Source of the DNA: Vicugna vicugna
Taxonomy: Eukaryota
Assembly (NCBI GenBank): GCA_013265495.1
Contig: MU058844.1
Location: 7,067,260 to 7,131,259 of the forward strand
Direction of reading: 5' to 3'
DNA: 64,000 nucleotides
The notes under the pieces were generated by a model, which was not told the DNA's origin, ran no database searches, and worked only from the letters and a program-made list of their open reading frames with translations. Both the position numbers and the translations under genes were made by a program. The number at the start of each line of letters is the position of its first letter. Positions within the stretch are counted from its first letter, which is position 1. Shown here piece by piece: positions 51,833 to 64,000 of this stretch.

Positions 51833-52669
51833 GCTTTCTTTATCTAAAATTGCTCTCCTTTTTCTAATACCCTAGGGGAATCTTGCTTATTGATTTTAGA
51901 TCTTTTTTGTTTTCTCATATATTTAGTACTTTAATTTTAACCCAAGCATTCACTTATTGCTTTCACTATACCTCCTACATTTTTTAAAATATATAAACTA
52001 TTCCATCAGAAAGTTTACGATTAGTTCAAAATATTAAAAAGTGTATCTTGAAATTATATTTATGACCCAAATTTTATTTAAAATTATGTTGTTTCATCTA
52101 CTGATATTTTGGTGGTTTTCAGCTGTGTTTCTGTTTCTAATTTTTATATTTTATAAATTCCCCAGAATATATATATTTTCTGAATGTTCTATGCAAGCTT
52201 GAAAAGGTGTATTCTACTTTTGTTTATGGGAGTTTTCTATAAATTACATCAATTTGATTGATAGTAGTTTTCAGGTTAACTATATCTTTACTGATTTTCT
52301 GACTGCTTGATCTATCAATTACTGAAAGGAAGATGTTGAAGTATCCAGTTATATAGTGGGTTGCCTGTTTCTCCCTGCAGTTCTATCAGTTTGCCTCATG
52401 CAGTTTGACAGTGTGTTGTAAGATGCATACACAAAAAGGATTGTTATGTCTTCTTGGAAAAGTGCTTCCTTTATGTATTGCTCCATATTTACCCCTGATT
52501 ATTTTTCTTGTTCTGAAGTCTGCTGTTTCTAAAATTAATATAGCTACTCCCTCTTCCTTTTGACTATTGCTATCATAGTATATCTTTTTTCTTCTCCATG
52601 CTTTCTTTTTCTCAATTAATCAAAACATTTTATTGGGACATTACTCTGCTTTTTGTGTGTGAGTATGTT

Positions 52670-54100
52670 TGTGTGGTATAATACACACAACATTTTCCAT
52701 CTAAATATTTTTAAGTTTACAGTTCAGTGGTACTAAGTACATTCACATTACTGTGTAAACATCACCATCATCCATCCCCAGAACTCTTTCATCTTGTGAA
52801 GCTGAAACTATATATCCACTAAAAAGTAACTCCCCATTTTCCTTTCTCCCAAGCCCACGGAAACCACCATTATACTTCTATCCACATGATTTTGTCTATT
52901 CTAAGTATCTCACATAAGTAGAATTATACTCAGTAGTTGTATTTTTTGTGATGTACTTATTTTACTTAGAATAATGCTCTTAAGCTTCAATCATGCTGTG
53001 CTATATGTCAGAATCTCTTTCCTTTATAAGGCTCAATAATATTCTACTGTGTGTATGTGTATCACATTATGCTTATTGTTCATTTGTCAACAGATACTTG
53101 CATTGCTTCCATGTTTTAGCTATTGTGAACAATGCTACTTATAAACATGAAAATACACATACCTCTTCAAGACTGTACTTTCAGTTATATACATATAGAT
53201 ATATCCAAAAGTGAAGTTGCTGAGTTATATCATAATTCTGTTTTTAATTTGTTGGAGAATCACCATATTGTTTTCCACAGAGACTGTACTATTTTACATT
53301 CCCACCAAAAGTACACAAATATTCTAATTTCTCCAAATTCTCACCAACATGTTCTTTTCTTTTTTTTTTTTTTTGATTGTATTGATTCTAATACATGGGA
53401 GGGGTATCTCATAGTTTTGATTTGCATTTTCTTAATGATTAGTGATGCTGAGTCTCTTTACATGCACTTATTGGCCATTTATAGGTCTTCTTTAAAGAAA
53501 TATTTAAGACAACCCAATTTTGAATTGGATTGTTTGTTTTTTGATTGCTGAGTATTAGGGTTTTTTAAAATATATTCTGTGTATCAATTCCCTATCAGAT
53601 ATGTGGTTTGCAAGTAATTTTACCCATTGTGTAGTTTGCCTTTTTACTCTGGGGATAGTTTTATGCACAATTTTTAAAAAAATCATGAAGTACAATTTAT
53701 CTGCTTTTCTCTTTTGTTACTTTTGCCATTGGTATCATGTCCAAAAAAAAAAAAAAAGATTACTGTCAAACCCAATGTCATGAAGTTTTTGTCCTATGAC
53801 TTCTTCTAAGAGTTATATTGTTTTAGGTCTTACATTTAGGTACTTGATAGATATTTGAATTAAATTTGAATAAGGTGTTAGATAAGAGCTCAATTTCATT
53901 CTTTTTTATATGGATATGTAGTTTTCCCAGCACAACTTTTTGAAAGGACAGTGTTTTCATCGTTGAATGGCATTGGCACCATTTTAATAATCATTTGCTC
54001 ATATCTGTAAGCCTTTTTTCTGGGCTGTCTATTCATCTTCCTAATCCATGAACATGAAATGTACTTCCATTTAGTTATTTCACCTCCTTGATTAAGTAAA
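52670..54100 (-). mobile_element. L1MB-type antisense element
   Basis: 'tacagttcagtggtactaagtacattcacattactgtgtaaacatcaccatcatccatccccagaactctttcatcttg' followed by antisense ORF2 C-terminal text. Confidence 0.85.
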
Positions 54101-54119
54101 TTCTTTAAGTTTTTTTAAA

Positions 54120-55700
54120 TCCAGAATAAACTATTGAAGTTAAAAATCTGTAACAAAAGCCAACAGACAAATAAAATGGATTGTAAAAATATTTGATTAA
54201 AGAAAAAGAGGCAAGTAACAAGAAGCAGAAGAAAAATCTGATGTGACAACTAGAAAACAAAGAGCAATATAGTATATATAAATTGAAATTATTACTAATA
54301 ACCTTGAGTCTATCATCTGTTGTTTATTTTCTATTGATTTCCTTTTAATACTTCCTTCCCAATTTTTTGTCTTCACTTGCAGTACACAAGCATTTATTAC
54401 TATATTTTCCTTTGGAAAAAAATGAAATAATTAAGACTACATTTATCTACCTGTCTATATTTAACTATCATGATGACAATTTGTTCAACTTTATAACACT
54501 TTATTGAAGAACATTAAAATTGAAAAGTATAGCATATTCCTGAGTGTCAGTATTATAAATAGAGCAGATATTTCATAACATATATTTTTAATAAATATAG
54601 AACTTAGGTGAATAAATAATTATTAAAAATGAAAAATTATTGAGAATAATTAAGTATAATTTGCCTTACATGATATCACTTACTAGAATCATTCTAAAAG
54701 TATGTATGTTCCAGACAAGAAATAAAGAAAAGGATTGAATATATATAATAAAGGGAGACTCATTTTGTGCTAAAATAGATGTTGTAGTTTAATGTAAAGC
54801 TTTAAAAACTTGTATAATTAATTCATACAAAATTAAGTTCCACTATATTAAAATGTAAAATTGAAATTATGGGATAGTTGGAGTGTTCTGTATATCTCAG
54901 ATAAATTCAAAGAAAAATAATAAACTATTAAAAATATTTGCATCACAAGTAACAATTAAAACATTATAGACAAACAGTTCATTAAGTGCATATATCCATT
55001 TAAAATGAAAGGATATGCACCTAATAGAAAAAAATACAAACGACTTTATTAAGCTATTCAAAAAAATAAACTTCAAATCAGATAAACATTGGTCACTCAC
55101 TACTTAAAGAGATGCAATGATCAATGAAACTCTCTGAAAACTTCTTTATTCACTTGTCAGAAATTAATAAAATGTATGACTCCTAAAGACAGCAAAGAGT
55201 ACTCTCACACATTACTTGTGGAAATAAGGTTCATTATAGTTTTTTGGACAAATATATTTGTAATATTGTTTTTAAACAATGATCCTCTGGCTTTCTATCA
55301 GTGAGAAAACATTTTCTTAAATTCATTAAAAAAGGATAAATAAACAAAAAGATCTATAGTTACATGACTGGAGGGTTCTGAACAGAATCTAAATGTTCAT
55401 TAGGAAGGGAAAGATGAATATGCTGCATTATAACCACACTATTGAGTACTATGGTGCCATTAAAAGGAATCCATAGATATTGTGGAAAAATCCTGATGAT
55501 ATATTCATAAGTAAATAAGGTGCTGAAAAACATCAGAAATACTATCACACTTTATAAAATAAGATTTGAAAAATTATTTTATGTATGTAAGAATATTTTA
55601 TGTATATACATGTATATTTTGAAAGAACATTGAAAAAGATTAGGGCATCAAGGCACTAAGATGTTCATATTGATTATGTTCATTAGGATATCAGGAAAAG
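54120..55700 (+). mobile_element. Highly decayed L1M fragments
   Basis: A-rich text with L1-like blocks ('agaggcaagtaacaagaagcagaagaaaaatctgatgtgacaactagaaaacaaagagcaat', 'tctaaatgttcattaggaaggg'). Confidence 0.45.
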
Positions 55701-56110
55701 AAAGGAATAGGAGATATATGAAGAGGAAAAAAATCTATAAATGGGAAAATACCTTGCTTTCTATTGGTAAATGAAAATGCATAGTATAAAATTGTCATTG
55801 TAATACTTCCATAAATATATTAAATATGCAAATAAATAAGAACTAAAAACTTAAATGAAACAATAAATATGCTGGTCTTATTAGGTGATGACAGTGTGGA
55901 TAATTTGCATTTTAAATTACTCTCATTATTTAAATATTGTTTTTACAGTAAATTGTTTCTTTATACCTACAAAAGAAAGACAATCAACAAAAAAGATAGT
56001 AAGAAAGATAATAATAAGAAAGATAATAATTGCTAGGTTCTATAATAAAGCCATAGGAATCATTACTGTGGATAACTTATCTAGAAATAAAACAATAGCT
56101 ACTTACTTTT

Positions 56111-56248
56111 TTTTTTTAATTCTTTTTTGTTTTTTGGGGGAGGTAATTAGGTTTTTATTTATTTATTTTTAACTGGAGGTACTGGGCATTGAACTCAGCA
56201 CCTCGTGCATGCTAAACTCACACTCTATCACCGAGCTATACCCTCCCC
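56111..56248 (-). mobile_element. tRNA-derived SINE, camelid Vic-1-like
   Basis: Minus strand reads ggggagggtatagctcggtgatagagtg...agcatgcacgaggtgctgagttcaatgcccagtacctcc...aaataaataaaaacctaattacctcccc + A-rich tail; Pol III A/B boxes; perfect TSD aatagctacttactttt (56094-56110 / 56249-56265). Confidence 0.9.
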
Positions 56249-59200
56249 AATAGCTACTTACTTTTAATCCATAATCATTGAACATATAAATAATTTTTAT
56301 TAAATATAAGCAAGCAACCAATGCATATGTGCTCATTGAAAATATTTTTGAAAATACAGAATTAATTAGAATTTTTTTCTTCAGTTGTGCCTGTATATCT
56401 CAGTACATTGTACGTACTTGTGGAAGATTATCTGTGTGTTTATATGCATGCACTTGTGCACAGCTTTGTGTGGATGTACAGGAGAGAGGGTGATGGGGAA
56501 ACAGAATGAACAAAGGAGAGAGAGAGAAATTGTCATTTTATATTCATGTTATCCTACTATCTCTACTGTTCTAACAAAGCTTTTACTGGAGAAAAAGTCA
56601 AAAGTTTATTTAACTAACCCTCATATATGTAAACATTAATATTACTGTGTGAAAATCTTAATTTATATAGAATTTAATTTTAAAACCTCTGTACATAGAA
56701 GTTTACACAACAGGAAAATTCCTTTTATTTTTTATCCAAGTAATATTGTGATATAAATATAGACAGAATTGAGGAAAAGTGCTGTGACAAAAATTAGAAG
56801 AAAATCTGTTTTCTTAAAAAATATTTCTCTAGAAATATTGAGTTTAAATTCATTAATTTTTTATCTGTTAACTTGTCTGGGTCAGTTTATATGGATAAGA
56901 ATAAGGAGTTTTACTGCATATGATACAAAAACCACTTTGTCCCTTACAAAATTTAAAGGACCTTTTACTTCTTGGATCTTGGATTACCTGGTTTTCTTTG
57001 TGCATGCTTCTATTTTGTGTTTTTTGAACAGTGTATTTGTTTCTCAGATTTTTCTTAGACTAAGTAGATTTTATGATGTGCATAAAATGAAACACATTGT
57101 AAATACTGAAACATTTTTACTTTATGGGAAAAGCTGGAGAGTAAATGCACTCTTACCTGAATTAAAATGCTATTTTAAATGGTTGGCAAAATACACATTT
57201 ATATTCAGGCTGAATTTTCTTTCTTTTTAGTTTTTTTTTTTTTTACTTAAAGACACCCACAGCAGTTGTATTTATTTAGAAGAGGAAAATATAATTCATT
57301 AATGGTGATTTTAAAAGGATTTCAAGTCTTGTTGGTGTTAAAATATTTTTACTAAGCAACTTTTTAACGAGTCAGTTGTAAATAAATCTGAAATGTAGAC
57401 AGATCTAAATTTCTAACAAAATACACATGGACCCCAAGATTAATAGAAACTATATTTGGCATCACACAGTTTAGTTTACTTGAACATAAAGCTTCAGGAA
57501 TATAAATGAAAAGTGTGTGTGGTTTCAGTTCTGTTGTAATTGGAAAAAAAAACTAGTAATTTGCATTTTGTGTTGAATGCTTTTAAGCGTTGTAACATTA
57601 GCATTTGCTATAGCTTGTTTATACACTTAAAAGTCTATTTTCTTCTACAGAATTTGAGGCAAACTGTAGTAAGCAATTCATCAGTTAACTCTCCTTTAGT
57701 TTCACTGAATTACATAACTGCTATTGAAAATTAATATTTTCTGTTAAAGGTATGTTCTGATTCTGCATAAATCAATATAGATGTCTATATGAAACCAATT
57801 GGAGCATATACTGATTGCACTACAAACCCAGAGGTAAAATGGTCCTTTTTTAAAGAGGCTTTCTGCAAGGCTCTTAGACTGCTAACTTCTATTAAGATGA
57901 AAAATTTTGATCAGCTACCTCAAGGAAATATCTCTTTACAGTTAACACCACTAGCTAGTTTTTTTTTTTTCATTGTGGGAATGGGAAGATTATAAAAATG
58001 TATCTAATGAGGTAAGAAAACACAATTCCTTTTTAAATTAATACAGTGGCATTGCTGTTTCATCATATTCTTTAATTTACACTTATTTAAACCCAAAGCA
58101 GAGGTACTATTTAATCCATTTTTGAGAATGCTCCTTATCTCATCACTATTAATAAATTTGAAACAGTAATTGCATGACCACATTGAAATGATTAGTATCT
58201 TGATATCTATCATATTTTACAAAAAAAAATATCCGAAGTAACCAGGAATATAAAAACCACATAACATATATTTTCCCCATCTGAAGTATACCAGCTATCA
58301 CAAAGTACAGCAGGATAAAGGAAAGATGCTCTCTGTGTTTTTTATCTTAAAATCATATATAGGGGGAGTAATTCCAACAGGAAGGCCATTATTCAACCAT
58401 CTGGACATTCACTGCTTTTCTACATTGAGCAGATGATGTGATTTATACTTACCAGAGGATACAAGAAAGAGAATGGCCCTAAGCCTCAAGCCAAAAATAT
58501 ATTTTAATTTGGTCCTAGGGTTGTATAAAGCTACTAGTCACCTAGTAGAAATGAATAAAACTATTCACAAGAGGACAGCATCCTTAAACAATGACTCCCA
58601 AAATATCCACAAATACGGTACTATTAAACACAAGATAAAAATTTTTTAAATGACATACAGCAAAAAAACAAACATACAAAAACAATGGAAAATACAACAG
58701 AACTAGGTGGATAAGTTAGACTTACGAGGTTAAAGAAGAAAAAAAAGACTTGAAAAATGCTGTCATTTATTTTTCCCCTGTATGAAATGAATGCTTTCCT
58801 TAAAATGCTATTTTGCAGAATTTACAAATTTATTATTTAAAATGGCATCTTCCTATTCCCTATTTTCCACTTCTTTGGATTAGAATTTCAAGTTGCATTT
58901 TTTTTCCCCAGAATGTTGTGTCACACATCTAGCCATATTATATATTATATAAAATAATGTTTTGACAGCTTGCAAACAAGAATATGTGAATTCTGTTAGA
59001 AGAGAAAAATTGTCATTGATTAAAGATAAATTAGTTTCTGTTGCTTACTTGTCTTTTTATATAAAGGACAAAATACTTCTGTGACAGTCATGAATGCATA
59101 CTGTGCTACTATTTCCTATACATATTGATAATACATTCCAACCTGTGATTTTCCTGAGGTTTATCATATCAACATGAAACTATGTGAATAAAACATGTCT

Positions 59201-59689
59201 ATGACCTATGAAATGTTTCATAAATATTTGTGCTTTAATTAACTTATTTTTAATTTCCAAATGTATGCAAGAAGGGATTTTTGAGTATTGTAACAGCAAA
59301 TAAAATGACAAAATTTGGATGAGTGAATGAAAGGGAAGTGGAGAAAAATGGGAAATAACAGTAAAACTCATAGTGGCATATAGATATATCTATATCTATA
59401 AAAGAAAAGAGCCACAAATCTGATCATAAGCTTTCTCATGGTCATCATTGAATGGGAATATTTATCTATTATGAATGCACAGCATTAGTGGGATAAAATT
59501 ATATTGATCCATCAGAGGATTTACAATAAATCTTAGTATTAGCATCAGTAGAAATTTTTCCCAGTAGCCTTCAGAGAAATAATTTTTGTGTAGTTACAGT
59601 TAATTATTTGTTATTTTCTGTTTACAATGTATTTTATAACAATCTTTTCTGATTTCAATTAAATATTGAATAAATACAATACAATTTTT

Positions 59690-60035
59690 TCTAACATATG
59701 TGGAGGGTATAAAGTATGACAGTAATTTAGTCCCCTTTGTAGCTATTACCCAACCTGAGAGAGCCCATAACCATTTCATTATGAGAACCCTTCTTACCAA
59801 AGGTTATGTTCTCTCTGAATTTGTTTCCTCTGGCAAAAATCTTATTTCACCATATGAATTTGTTATACCAAATTATAGAGTATATTTTTTTATGTTTTTT
59901 TGAAATATGTACAGATTGAATAATATAATATTATATTTTCTTCTCTGATTTTCCCCTTAATAGTATAATTGTATGTTGAGATTCATGTTGATGATTTAGC
60001 TAAAGTTAATTTACTCTACTTCAGGAATATACCAT

Positions 60036-60066
<31 letters not shown>

Positions 60067-62100
60067 CTTTATATATTTTCTCTTACAGACTTTTGCTGCT
60101 AAATATTACTAACAAAAATTTCTCATATATATTTTCCAATATACAAATACTGTCTCCTCTCCAACTTATATGTCTAAAAAAAAAAGAACCTAAAAAGTAA
60201 AATATTGTCAAATTATTTTTCATCAGCATTTCTCTCTTCCACATGCTTACCAACTATTGCAATATTTAGATTTTTCTTTTTGTTCTTTTTTTCTTTAAAT
60301 ATTTACTGATCTATTAAGTTTATGTGGAAACATTGTGATTTTAGTTCCACTTCTGATTATAAACAAGTAAAAAAATTTACATAATTCTTTCCACTTTTAT
60401 GTCTTCAAATACCTTTAGAAAAATGTGTCCATTTCCCTATGAGTTTTTTTTATCTTTGCCTAAACATATATTTTATATATATATACATATTCTACATATG
60501 TAAAATAGTGTAATGTAAAAGATATTACAGATACATATCACATTCTAGAATATATATATAGTCCACATATTATGTGTATATATATATATCATATTCTTGG
60601 TATGAATCCCTTGTTAGGTTTGTGTGGCAAATGTCTATTTAGCAGTATGTGGCTTGTCTTTTCACTCTCCTTATGACATCCTTAATGAATAGATGTTAGT
60701 AATTTTATAAGAATAGAACTTATCAATATAATTTCTGTTGGTTTATATCCTTTCACAACTAAAAATTACAGATTTGTGTGCATATACTGTATATGTGTAG
60801 AATACATAGTTTTAAGTTGCACAGATTTTCCTTTAATAATTTAAGTTAATTAAACTATTTTTTTTTTAGTGTGATTTACTATTTATTGAGAAGGACTTTA
60901 TTTCATTATTGATCTGCTATGCCGACTGTCACTTATTGTGTTTCCAGATAGACATTATCCTTTCCTAATTTCTTTAGTGTGCTGTTTTCATCTATTCCTG
61001 TTCCAGTGCTATGCTGTATTAATTACTATAGCTTTATATTCTCAGGCCATATATCTTTGAATATATCATGATATTTATTCATTTTTAACTCCCAGTAAAA
61101 CTCTGAGTTATTCTGTTAAATGTTCCTCTCTGATCTTCAGTTCTCTTTACTTTTATGATTTTTTCTTTATACAGTACATCAAATTTTTACATTTATTTTC
61201 CCTCTCAGTAATTATCTGTTTAATTGAAGCTAATCTTACATTGAACGCTTGCATATTTCACTTCTAACATTTTTAATTTTTAGGAATTTTATTTGGTCTT
61301 GTCCATAACAGTTTGAATATTTTTATCATCCTCTTACCCTTGCTTTTTTCTTAAGCCATTCTTATTTTTTAAACAGAGTAAATATATTTATTTAATAATC
61401 TCTGTCTAATAATTCTAACATCTCTGCATGTCTGCATTTACTGTCTGAAATTTCTTGGTTAGAGGACCTTGGTTCTGTGTATGCCTTGCTACTTGCTTTT
61501 TTCCATGTTTTACCTGTGAGAATCTTTGAGACATTTAGAGAAGTCACGCTTTTGCTTCTGCCAAGCCTATGAAGTACCACAAAGAACACTTTAAAGTGAA
61601 ATATTTTCTAGAGATTTGGGGTAACAACATAGATTTAGTGAAACTGGTTACTGTGGTTAGATGAGATCCATCTTATGATTATAATCTTTAGGATAGATTT
61701 TTTTTTACCCTTCAGAAAACTAAGATGCATATGAGACTGTCAGAATACATTGCTTTCTTCTCCTGAGGAAGGAACTATTTCCTGACCTTTGTGGTCTAAT
61801 CTTTATATTAGGGGATTCTATTCAACCCTAGGAAAGCCCTAAACGTTATTTCTTGTCAGTTGCCTTAACCCCTTCTTTCCACTCCTCATACACCTCTCAA
61901 ATTCAAATTTCAAGTGACCAGGGTTTATCAGAAACCCTCTGGGTGGAAAGCCAGGCTCTGAATTGTGAATTTGCCTATTTCAAAAATCCCCCTCTTCACT
62001 TTGTTTGGCTTTTGCTATTTCCCTATGTTCTTGGTAACTTGGAAATGCATTTAAAATAAAAAATTCATATCATATAAAATACAGGATGTAAGAATTTTTA
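59690..62100 (-). mobile_element. Old L1ME-type antisense remnants
   Basis: 'tatgttgagattcatgttg', 'gtggcttgtcttttcactctccttatgacatccttaatgaatagatgtt', 'ttaattactatagctttata'; the distal part may be 5' region sequence. Confidence 0.6.
60036..60061. repeat. (TG)n microsatellite
   Basis: Pure TG run read directly. Confidence 0.95.
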
Positions 62101-64000
62101 GCTGCTTAATGTGAATGTCATCCAGGGTATTCATCCAATCTGCAGTATTTTAAAAAATAGAAAATTTTCTTAATTTTATACCTATGTTTATGCCAAATAT
62201 GACAGGAGATGCTTATTAGAGGACATACATTAGAATAAATGTAAAATATGCATAAACATAACCAATATCAAAGAAAAAATACATAAAATATTAATTATAC
62301 TCTCTAGCCTACTGGAAATTGTGGGGAAAAAAGAGTCACATAGAATGATTTTCAACAGCATGAGCTAAAAATAAATCCCATATTGTTTTTTTTCCAAAGT
62401 TTTGAAGAAATACTTCATTCAATCTTCATCTTTGTAACTGCTGACATTTTCCCCTCCTTTTTGTACATCTATAGATTATTTCTTCAACTTGAATGCAATT
62501 GACAAGACAGAGTACTTGCGAGGTCTTTTTCTTGTGCTGGCCTTTCTTATCTGCTTGACAGGTCATAGTGTCACATGAATAATTAAATATAAGAAACTGG
62601 GGCAAACTTAGTCTGCTTTTAAGGTTTTCTTTTTTCTTTCTCTCTTTTTTCTTCCTTTCTTCTTTAATCTTTTGAATTTAAACAAAGGACCATTCCTTTG
62701 GAGATTTCACCACAATATATACATGAATTGCAGAGGGGAGAAGCATATCCTAAGATGTAAAAATAAATGATTTTACTACAAGTAATTCATCAGATACAGA
62801 TACAATTTTAGCAATCAGTATCTATTTGGACAAAACATGTCCTTTGAACTTAAGATGACACTGTTTATTCCAGTAAAAAGATAGTCATACTATAGCAAAA
62901 CACATCTGCTATTATTGTGTTATTTTTGGCAACAGTGAATATTGAGAAAGAAGATAGTTCTGCAGTTCTTTGGTAGGTAAAATTATTTAGCTTTTCCTCT
63001 GAGAGTGTAAGTTCCATGACATGCTGAATATTTTGCAATAGATCTGTGTGCTGATTAAGACATAGTGAGGTTTTTCTTAAGTATTTGATTTGAAATATAA
63101 ATTGATTTGACAGAATCTGTTACTTTGTGCATTTCTTTCCAAGCAATATGCACATGTGGTTATATCTTTTTCCCTTTCTCCTAAGGTTGCCTTTGACCAC
63201 CACCACTGAAATATTTACATAGAGAAAATCCTCTGTTGGTGAATACATTTCCCCCCTGTGGTTTTCCAGTGTATTCAGTTTTGGTATGCTAGGGAGAAAG
63301 AGAGGATATGAGAATTAATGATAAAGTAGAACAAGTTTTCTTCTTCTTCCTCCTTTTTTTCCTTCTAAAATCAATGTGCTTGCACTTAGACACAATTGCA
63401 CCACAGAAAATTTTACTGGCGTTTTGCTATATAGTAGGCTGACAATCCTTTATAATCAATAAAAAGTAGTCACTTTGTCCCCCTGGTAACTTAAACTCTT
63501 TAAAACTGATTGCAACAGTGAGACCAAAACCTGAAATAATTTTATAATAACATGAAGATGTAGATTACATCACTTTCACTATTAAAGTTTGAGGTATCTA
63601 GTGCCTTAGTTTATAGTTTTTACACTACTCAAAGTGAATGAATTTTTCAAAGTGAAAATACATGCTATTTCGAGATAATGTTACCATGTCAAAACATGTC
63701 TCTAGCTATCTAAATGAAGAATCTTAATGTGACAGGGAACAAATTTTGCTATGGACTAATGATGTTATTATAAGGCAGACAAGAATTCATTACTTCATAC
63801 AATAGATGTGTTTTTGAAAACATCTGGTAAATATGGACATTTTAAAAGCTGAATTATTTAATGCTCTAAGGAGTTGCCATTTGAAAACAATCTGATATAA
63901 ATTTAAAGAGAATGTGGTATAAATCTCATTTATAAGAAAATAATCAGTACTCTTGTACATTACATTTTTTTTAACAGTGAATCTCTCCTTATGGAGATTT

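Larger units (their letters stand above)
48470..52600 (-). mobile_element. Large old L1MC/MD antisense element, interrupted by younger L1 pieces and a CT tract
   Basis: 3'UTR 'gatgctgaccttgatcacctggctgaggtagtatttgtcagg', continuing through antisense ORF2 ('aaactgtcttccaa...ttttgcatcccacctgcaa', 'ttgattactgtag'). Confidence 0.85.

Noticed and set aside
51589..51867. Ser-rich and Leu/Pro-rich ORFs
   Set aside because: Translation artefacts of the CT microsatellite.
53132..53551. 139-aa ORF
   Set aside because: Antisense reading of L1 ORF2/3'UTR sequence.
56170..56248. tRNA-like sequence as a tRNA gene
   Set aside because: Has a SINE body, A-rich tail and TSD, and the cloverleaf is degenerate.
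56769..57230. Longest ORF in the track (153 aa)
   Set aside because: Non-ATG start, F/L/K/I-biased composition typical of random AT-rich frames, no recognisable domain or exon structure.
58453..58541. Minus-strand exon-like segment (ttctactag|...ctg|gtaagt), 89 nt
   Set aside because: Stops in all three frames and no partner exons; such signals occur by chance. Needs RNA evidence.

Overview
AT-rich mammalian genomic DNA, intergenic or deep-intronic. I found no supportable protein-coding gene, RNA gene or CRISPR-type system. One tRNA-derived SINE with a perfect target-site duplication (56093-56265) matches my recollection of the camelid Vic-1 SINE, which suggests camel/alpaca/llama. The window is a layered transposable-element landscape: ancient L2, MIR, MaLR/ERVL LTRs and L1M fragments; Tigger and Charlie DNA transposons; two well-preserved ERV1-type solo LTRs only 68 bp apart; and several younger L1 insertions. 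The only ORFs with recognisable protein content are decayed L1 ORF1/ORF2 pieces. The most interesting signals are mechanistic: (i) an L1-type (polyA + TSD) retrocopy of a MER41-like LTR transcript that ends just past the LTR polyA signal (44662-44869); (ii) two adjacent pieces of an L1 3'UTR captured in opposite orientations either side of a ~57-bp host segment, with an apparent host deletion (51147-51588); (iii) an L1 with both ends but lacking most of ORF2 (7116-10334); (iv) a twin-primed L1 with a perfect 16-bp TSD. Repeat family names come from recall of consensus sequences, not from a database search, and boundaries of old elements are approximate.
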